Positions 59,352 through 64,000 of a stretch of DNA of 64,000 nt are shown here, piece after piece. Both the position numbers and the translations under genes were made by a program. This stretch comes from an uncultured Alphaproteobacteria bacterium. GTDB lineage: Bacteria; Pseudomonadota; Alphaproteobacteria; SP197. How positions within the stretch are numbered: position 1 is the first letter of the stretch; every line of letters begins with the position of its first letter. The stretch lies in assembly GCA_958295695.1 (NCBI GenBank), contig OY282363.1, positions 1,113,156 to 1,177,155 on the forward strand, given 5' to 3'. The notes beneath the pieces are model-generated. The model worked only from the letters and a program-made list of their open reading frames with translations, was not told where the DNA came from and did not search any database.

Positions 59352-60172
59352 CTCCCGGCGGGCGCGCCGCGCCCGGCGTCCTCGGCCGCGGGCTTCGCCA
59401 GCGCGACCAGCGCCAGTCCGAGGGCGATCATCGGAAACGACAGAATCTGGCCCATGGTGACGCCGCCGGCGATGAAGCCCAGATGGGCGTCGGGCTCGCG
59501 GAAGATCTCGGCCAGCGAGCGGGCCGCGCCGTAACCGGCGATGAAGACGCCGGTTACGGCGCCGGGACGCCGCCTGAGCGGCGTATGCGTCCAGACGAAC
59601 CGCATCGCGGCGAGGAGCAGTGCGCCTTCGAGGGCCGCCTCGTAGAGCTGGCTGGGATGGCGCGGCGTCTCCGGATCGCCGGGAAACAGGACCGCCCAGG
59701 CGACGTCGGCCGGCCGGCCGAACAACTCGCCGTTGATGAAGTTCGCGACGCGGCCGAGGAAGAGGCCGACCGGCGCGACGCAAGCGACGACATCGCCCAG
59801 CGCCATGACCCGCAACCGCCTCTGGCGCGCGAAGAGGCAGACGGCGAGCACTACGCCCAGCAGTCCGCCGTGGAACGACATGCCGCCCTGCCAGACGTAG
59901 AGCGCCTCCACCGGGTGATGGAGGAAATAGCCGATCTTGTAGAACAGGACGTAGCCCAGCCTGCCGCCGAGCACGATGCCGAGCGTAGCCCAGACCAGGA
60001 AGTCGTCGAGCGTCCCGCGGTCGATGCCGGCGGACGACGACTTGAGCAGATGGAGCGCGTAGCGCCAACCCAGGAGGATGCCCGCGATGTAGGCCAGCGC
60101 GTACCAGCGGATGGCGAACGGCCCGATCTCGACAAGCGTGGGGTCGATGGCGGGAAAGGCGAGGGCGAACAT
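59348..60172 (-). CDS. lgt: prolipoprotein diacylglyceryl transferase
   Basis: MFALAFPAIDPTLVEIGPFAIRWYALAYIAG...GGMSFHGGLLG, 274 aa. Confidence 0.9.
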   Translation of the reverse strand: MFALAFPAIDPTLVEIGPFAIRWYALAYIAGILLGWRYALHLLKSSSAGIDRGTLDDFLVWATLGIVLGGRLGYVLFYKIGYFLHHPVEALYVWQGGMSFHGGLLGVVLAVCLFARQRRLRVMALGDVVACVAPVGLFLGRVANFINGELFGRPADVAWAVLFPGDPETPRHPSQLYEAALEGALLLAAMRFVWTHTPLRRRPGAVTGVFIAGYGAARSLAEIFREPDAHLGFIAGGVTMGQILSFPMIALGLALVALAKPAAEDAGRGAPAGR

Positions 60173-60303
60173 GCCGTGGACCCGAAGGGTTGCGGCGCGA
60201 CCATATGGCGCGGCCCTCACGCCGTCCACCGTTGCGCCGCGGCGGCTCCGACGCCATATCGGGTGGCGTGGGGCGCGCAGCCGGGACCCACGGGAGAGCC
60301 GCG

Positions 60304-60660
60304 ATGCAGACCGACAACCGTTTCCTCGACGACATGGCGCGCATGATGGCGGGCGCCATGGGCGCCGCCGGCGGCGTGAAGGAGGAGGTGGAGGCGCGCA
60401 TGCGCCAGCGGGCGGAAGCCTTTCTCGCCCGCATGGATCTGGTGCGCCGGGAGGAGTTCGAGGTCGTCCGCGACATGGCGGCGCTCGCCCGCCAGGAGAA
60501 CGAGCGTCTGGCGGCGCGCGTGGCCGAACTGGAGGCCGCGCTCGCCGGCGCGACCGCGAGGAAGCCCGCCGCGCGCAAGCGGCCCACGGCGAGGAAAACG
60601 TCATCGAGCGCGGCGAAACGGGCCGCTTCCGACAAGACGACCGATCCATCGGCCGGTTGA
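60304..60660 (+). CDS. ubiK: UbiK/YqiC (BMFP) family accessory factor
   Basis: 118 aa, coiled-coil, N-terminus MQTDNRFLDDMARMMAGAMG. Confidence 0.6.
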   Translation: MQTDNRFLDDMARMMAGAMGAAGGVKEEVEARMRQRAEAFLARMDLVRREEFEVVRDMAALARQENERLAARVAELEAALAGATARKPAARKRPTARKTSSSAAKRAASDKTTDPSAG

Positions 60661-60842
60661 GGCGGACTCCGCCCGGATCGGATCGCCCACGGCCCGGTCC
60701 GGACGGGCGGATCCGCTCCGGTCCGCGCTCTCCGCCGTCGCCTTGCAAGGCCCGTGGGTCTTTGGCAGGTTGGCCGGCGGCGGCGTCCCGAACCCTGTTC
60801 GCGTCGGCCGTCGCGCCCTTGCCTTCGGCGGAGAGGCTCCCC

Positions 60843-61346
60843 GTGACCGACCTGCAGGAACACGACGACGCGCCGGACCGGTATCCGTTGGACGCCATCC
60901 AGAGGTTCATCGCCTACAACGGCTGGAGCCACGAGCGCGTCAACGACAGCGAGCTCACGCTCGAGATCGACGGCCGCTGGTGCGTCTATCGAATCTGGTT
61001 CGGCTGGGAAGGCGAGCTTCGGTCCGTGATGATGTCGTGCGCCTACGACATGCGCGTGCCCGACCAGCGCCTGACGGCCGTGCATTCCCTGCTGGCCTAT
61101 GTCAACGAACGTCTGTGGGTGGGCCATTTCGACGTCTTCACCGAGGAGGCCGTGCCCACCTACCGTCACGCCATGCTGCTGGGCGGACAGGATTTCCCGA
61201 ACGACGAACAGCTCGCCGATCTGTTCGACATCGCGCTGTCCGAATGCGAGCGCTTCTATCCGGCGTTCCAGTACGTGATCTGGGGCGGCAAGACGGCGGC
61301 CGACGCGGTGCAGGCCGCGATCATCGATCCGGTCGGCGAAGCCTGA
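60843..61346 (+). CDS. YbjN domain-containing protein
   Basis: 167 aa, GTG start. Confidence 0.5.
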   Translation: MTDLQEHDDAPDRYPLDAIQRFIAYNGWSHERVNDSELTLEIDGRWCVYRIWFGWEGELRSVMMSCAYDMRVPDQRLTAVHSLLAYVNERLWVGHFDVFTEEAVPTYRHAMLLGGQDFPNDEQLADLFDIALSECERFYPAFQYVIWGGKTAADAVQAAIIDPVGEA

Positions 61347-61349
61347 CCG

Positions 61350-62171
61350 ATGGGCGCGGCGACCCCGGTCCTGCTGGTGGGTTGCGGCAAGATGGGCGGC
61401 GCCATGCTGTCGGGATGGCTCGCCCAGGGCGTCGCGCCGGGCGAGGTCGTCGCCGTCGAGCCGGCCGCCGCGCTGGCCGCCGCGCTGATGGAGCGGCACG
61501 GCGTCGCGGTCGCCGCGAGCCTCGACGGCGTGCCCCCGGGCTTCCGCCCCGCGACGGTGGTGCTCGCGGTGAAGCCGCAGGCGATGGACGAGGCCGCGCC
61601 CGGCTGCGCCCGGTTCATCGACGATGGCGCGATGGCGCTGTCGATCGCCGCGGGCAGGACCATCGCGTCCTTCGAGGCCATGTTCGGCGCCGAAACGGCG
61701 ATCGTCCGCTGCATGCCCAACACGCCGGCGGCCGTCGCGCGCGGCGTCACCGCGCTCACGGCCAACGCCCATGTCACGCCGGCCCAGAAAGACGCCGCCG
61801 ACCGCCTGCTCCGGGCCGTCGGCGAGACAGTGTGGCTCGACGACGAGGGCCTGATGGACGCGGTGACCGCCGTATCCGGAGGCGGCCCGGCCTATGTGTT
61901 CCTCCTGATCGAGACGATGACGAAGGCGGGAATCGCGGCGGGTCTTCCCGCCGGCGTCGCGGCGAGGCTCGCCCGCGAGACCGTGACCGGCGCCGGCGAA
62001 CTGGCGCGGCGGGCCGCCGAGCCTCCCGATGAGTTGCGCCGGAACGTGGCGAGCCCCGGAGGCTCGACGCTCGAGGCGCTCAACGTCCTGATGGCCGACG
62101 ACGGCATTCAGCCCCTGTTCGACCGCGCGATCGCCGCCGCGGCGCGGCGCTCTCGCGAACTGGCGGGCTGA
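61350..62171 (+). CDS. proC: pyrroline-5-carboxylate reductase
   Basis: VLLVGCGKMGGAML, 273 aa. Confidence 0.85.
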   Translation: MGAATPVLLVGCGKMGGAMLSGWLAQGVAPGEVVAVEPAAALAAALMERHGVAVAASLDGVPPGFRPATVVLAVKPQAMDEAAPGCARFIDDGAMALSIAAGRTIASFEAMFGAETAIVRCMPNTPAAVARGVTALTANAHVTPAQKDAADRLLRAVGETVWLDDEGLMDAVTAVSGGGPAYVFLLIETMTKAGIAAGLPAGVAARLARETVTGAGELARRAAEPPDELRRNVASPGGSTLEALNVLMADDGIQPLFDRAIAAAARRSRELAG

Positions 62172-62216
62172 CCGGGTAGACTGCGACGCAAGGACGAGAC
62201 CGGACGGAGGTTCTCC

Positions 62217-62843
62217 ATGGTCAAGAAAGCCGATATCCCCAAGGCCGGCCTGGCCGCCGCCCTGAAGCTCGCCGCCACGGTCGGATGGCGCGACGCCTCC
62301 ATGCGTGACATCGCCGAGGAAGCCGGCGTGACGCTGGCGCGGTTGCATGAGGCCTACCGCTCGAAGGGCGCGATCCTCGACGCCTTCGTCGGCCAGATCG
62401 ACGCCACGGTGCTGGCCGGCGACAGTCCCGAACTCGCGGCCGAATCAACGAAGGACCGGCTATTCGACGTGATGATGCGCCGTTTCGACGCGCTCCGCCC
62501 GCACCGCGAGGCCGTCGGCTCGATCGTGGCGGCCGCGGCGACCGACCCCCGCGCGGCTCTCGGCGGCGCCTGCCGGCTGGTCGGCTCCATGCGCTGGATG
62601 CTGGAAGCGGCCGGCGTCGGCGGCGCCGGCGTGGCGGGAGGGCTGCGCGCCAAGGCGCTCGCCGCGATCCATGCGGACGTGATGCGGATCTGGCTGAAGG
62701 ACGACAGCGAGGACATGGACAGGACCATGGCCGCGCTCGACAAGCGCCTGAGCCAGGCCGAGACGGCGATGGAGCGCCTGTGCGGCCTCGCGCGGTCGCG
62801 CCGGGGCGGCGAGGGCGCGCCGGCCGGCGAGGCGTCGGCGTGA
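62217..62843 (+). CDS. TetR-fold protein (possibly COQ9-like / TetR-family regulator)
   Basis: N-terminal HTH-like WRDASMRDIAEEAGVTLARLHEAYRSKGAIL. Confidence 0.45.
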   Translation: MVKKADIPKAGLAAALKLAATVGWRDASMRDIAEEAGVTLARLHEAYRSKGAILDAFVGQIDATVLAGDSPELAAESTKDRLFDVMMRRFDALRPHREAVGSIVAAAATDPRAALGGACRLVGSMRWMLEAAGVGGAGVAGGLRAKALAAIHADVMRIWLKDDSEDMDRTMAALDKRLSQAETAMERLCGLARSRRGGEGAPAGEASA

Positions 62844-63181
62844 GCGGCGCCCTCGCCTACGACGACTTCCTGAAGGTCGATATCCGCGTCGGCACGATCC
62901 TGCGGGCCGAGCCGTTCCCGGAGGCGCGCAAGCCCGCGATCAAGCTGTGGATCGACTTCGGGCCCGATCTCGGCACGCGCAAGAGCTCGGCCCGGATCGC
63001 CCATCGCTACGACCCCGGCCGCCTGCCGGGCCGCCAGGTGGCCGCGGTCGTGAACTTGCCGCCCCGGCAGATCGGCCCCTTCATGTCCGAGGTGCTCACC
63101 CTGGGGTTCCCCGACGGCGCCGGCGAGGTCGTGCTGGCGGCGCCGGAACGGCCGGTGCCCGACGGCGGCCGTCTCTACTAG
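62840..63181 (+). CDS. tRNA-binding protein (CsaA/EMAP-type)
   Basis: 113 aa VDIRVGTILRAEPFPEARKPAIKLWIDFG. The GTG start overlaps the preceding stop. Confidence 0.65.
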   Translation: MSGALAYDDFLKVDIRVGTILRAEPFPEARKPAIKLWIDFGPDLGTRKSSARIAHRYDPGRLPGRQVAAVVNLPPRQIGPFMSEVLTLGFPDGAGEVVLAAPERPVPDGGRLY

Positions 63182-63273
63182 GCCGGTGGACCCGTGGCGA
63201 CGGCCCGCCGCAGTTCCCCTTGGCCACGGACGCCGCCTGCGTTACCTAGCGGACACCGGATGCGGGGGAGACC

Positions 63274-64000
63274 ATGACGCGAGAGATCGGATCGGTGGCC
63301 GTGATAGGCGGCGGCACGATGGGCGCGGGCATCGCCGGAAAGTGCGCGGACGCGGGCTGCAAGGTGCTGCTGCTCGACATCGACGCGGAGGCCGTCGAGG
63401 CGTCGATGAAGCGCATCGCCGCCGGCCGTCCGCCGGCCGTCGACGATCCCGAAAGCATCCGGCGGATCGAGACCGGCGCCTTCGACGAGCTCGACCGGAT
63501 CGCCGGCTACGACTGGATCTGCGAGGCCGTCATCGAGGACCTCCAGACGAAGCGCGACCTCTTCGAGAAGCTGGAGGCGGCGCGGTCCGAGGGCTCGGTC
63601 GTCTCGACCAACACCTCGGGCATCCCGCTCCGTTCGATCGTCGAAGGCATGCCCGCGCGCCTGCGCCGCGACATCGTCGTCACGCACTTCTTCAACCCCG
63701 TGAAGGTCATGAAGCTCCTGGAGATCGTGCCGGGCGAGGAGACGACCCCCGACGTGGTCGAGGCCATGGCGGCCTTCGGCGCCGGGAAGCTCGGCAAGGG
63801 CGTGGTGCACGCCAAGGACACGGTGAATTTCATCGGCAACCGCATCGGCTGTTTCTGGATGCTCTCGGGCCTCCACAAGGCGCGCAAGGCGCGCCGCGAG
63901 GGCGGGCTCTCCATGGAGACGATCGACGCGCTCATGTCGGACCCGGTCGGCCTCCCGGCGACGGGGCTCTACGGCCTGATCGACCTCATCGGCCTCGACG
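63274..64000 (+). CDS. 3-hydroxyacyl-CoA dehydrogenase family protein (N-terminal part, continues beyond window)
   Basis: NAD-binding VAVIGGGTMGAGIA and the 3HCDH_N domain. Confidence 0.8.
   Translation, partial: MTREIGSVAVIGGGTMGAGIAGKCADAGCKVLLLDIDAEAVEASMKRIAAGRPPAVDDPESIRRIETGAFDELDRIAGYDWICEAVIEDLQTKRDLFEKLEAARSEGSVVSTNTSGIPLRSIVEGMPARLRRDIVVTHFFNPVKVMKLLEIVPGEETTPDVVEAMAAFGAGKLGKGVVHAKDTVNFIGNRIGCFWMLSGLHKARKARREGGLSMETIDALMSDPVGLPATGLYGLIDLIGLD

Noticed and set aside
58266-62348. 1360-aa minus-strand ORF
   Set aside because: It is a concatenation of real minus genes (NDUFAF7-like, lgt) with antisense of ubiK, YbjN and proC. Only the two minus genes were kept, with proper starts.

Overview
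This is a high-GC (~70%) alphaproteobacterial-type chromosomal window with two layers. The first is a conserved core backbone: mutS, NADP-malic enzyme, moxR–DUF58–BatB-like operon, DUF1285–nudix–cca, PCu(A)C–SCO1, hemF, petABC, mtnP–apt, ychF–pth–rplY–prs, pgeF–NDUFAF7-like–lgt, ubiK, proC. The second is an accessory stretch at about 6.4–32.3 kb, which is the interesting part. It contains: (i) a urease structural pair (fused ureAB plus ureC) with no adjacent ureDEFG, preceded by an IPNS-type 2OG oxygenase. (ii) A ~1 kb low-GC island encoding a secreted Sel1-repeat protein. (iii) An orphan CBS-domain ProV-type ABC ATPase paired with an unusual 3-TM membrane protein instead of ProW/ProX. (iv) A dense, uncharacterised metabolic locus at about 14.9–29.0 kb: a tandem-fused double ectoine-synthase (EctC-EctC) cupin, co-directional with a GbcA-type Rieske oxygenase and a thioesterase/HCCA-isomerase fusion; two tandem AstE/AspA (DoeB-like) deacylase paralogs; an operon of an NDT/DNPH1-like N-glycosidase-fold protein, a group-II PLP decarboxylase and a class-V aminotransferase; a CMD-family protein; a frameshifted tandem-DUF427 gene; an agmatinase-family ureohydrolase; a FAH-family hydrolase and an SDR. 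This looks like an undescribed pathway acting on an ectoine-like or N-acyl-diamino or guanidino compound, possibly feeding urea to the nearby urease. (v) A ~3 kb segment bounded by ~100 bp direct repeats that each carry a TTGACA box and palindromes, encoding an acidic EF-hand-like protein, a small coiled-coil membrane protein and a 12x ankyrin-repeat secreted protein. No rRNA, tRNA or CRISPR was seen. Most multi-hundred-codon ORFs in the supplied track that overlap recognisable genes on other frames are GC-bias artefacts. Coordinates I derived myself may be off by 1–2 nt.
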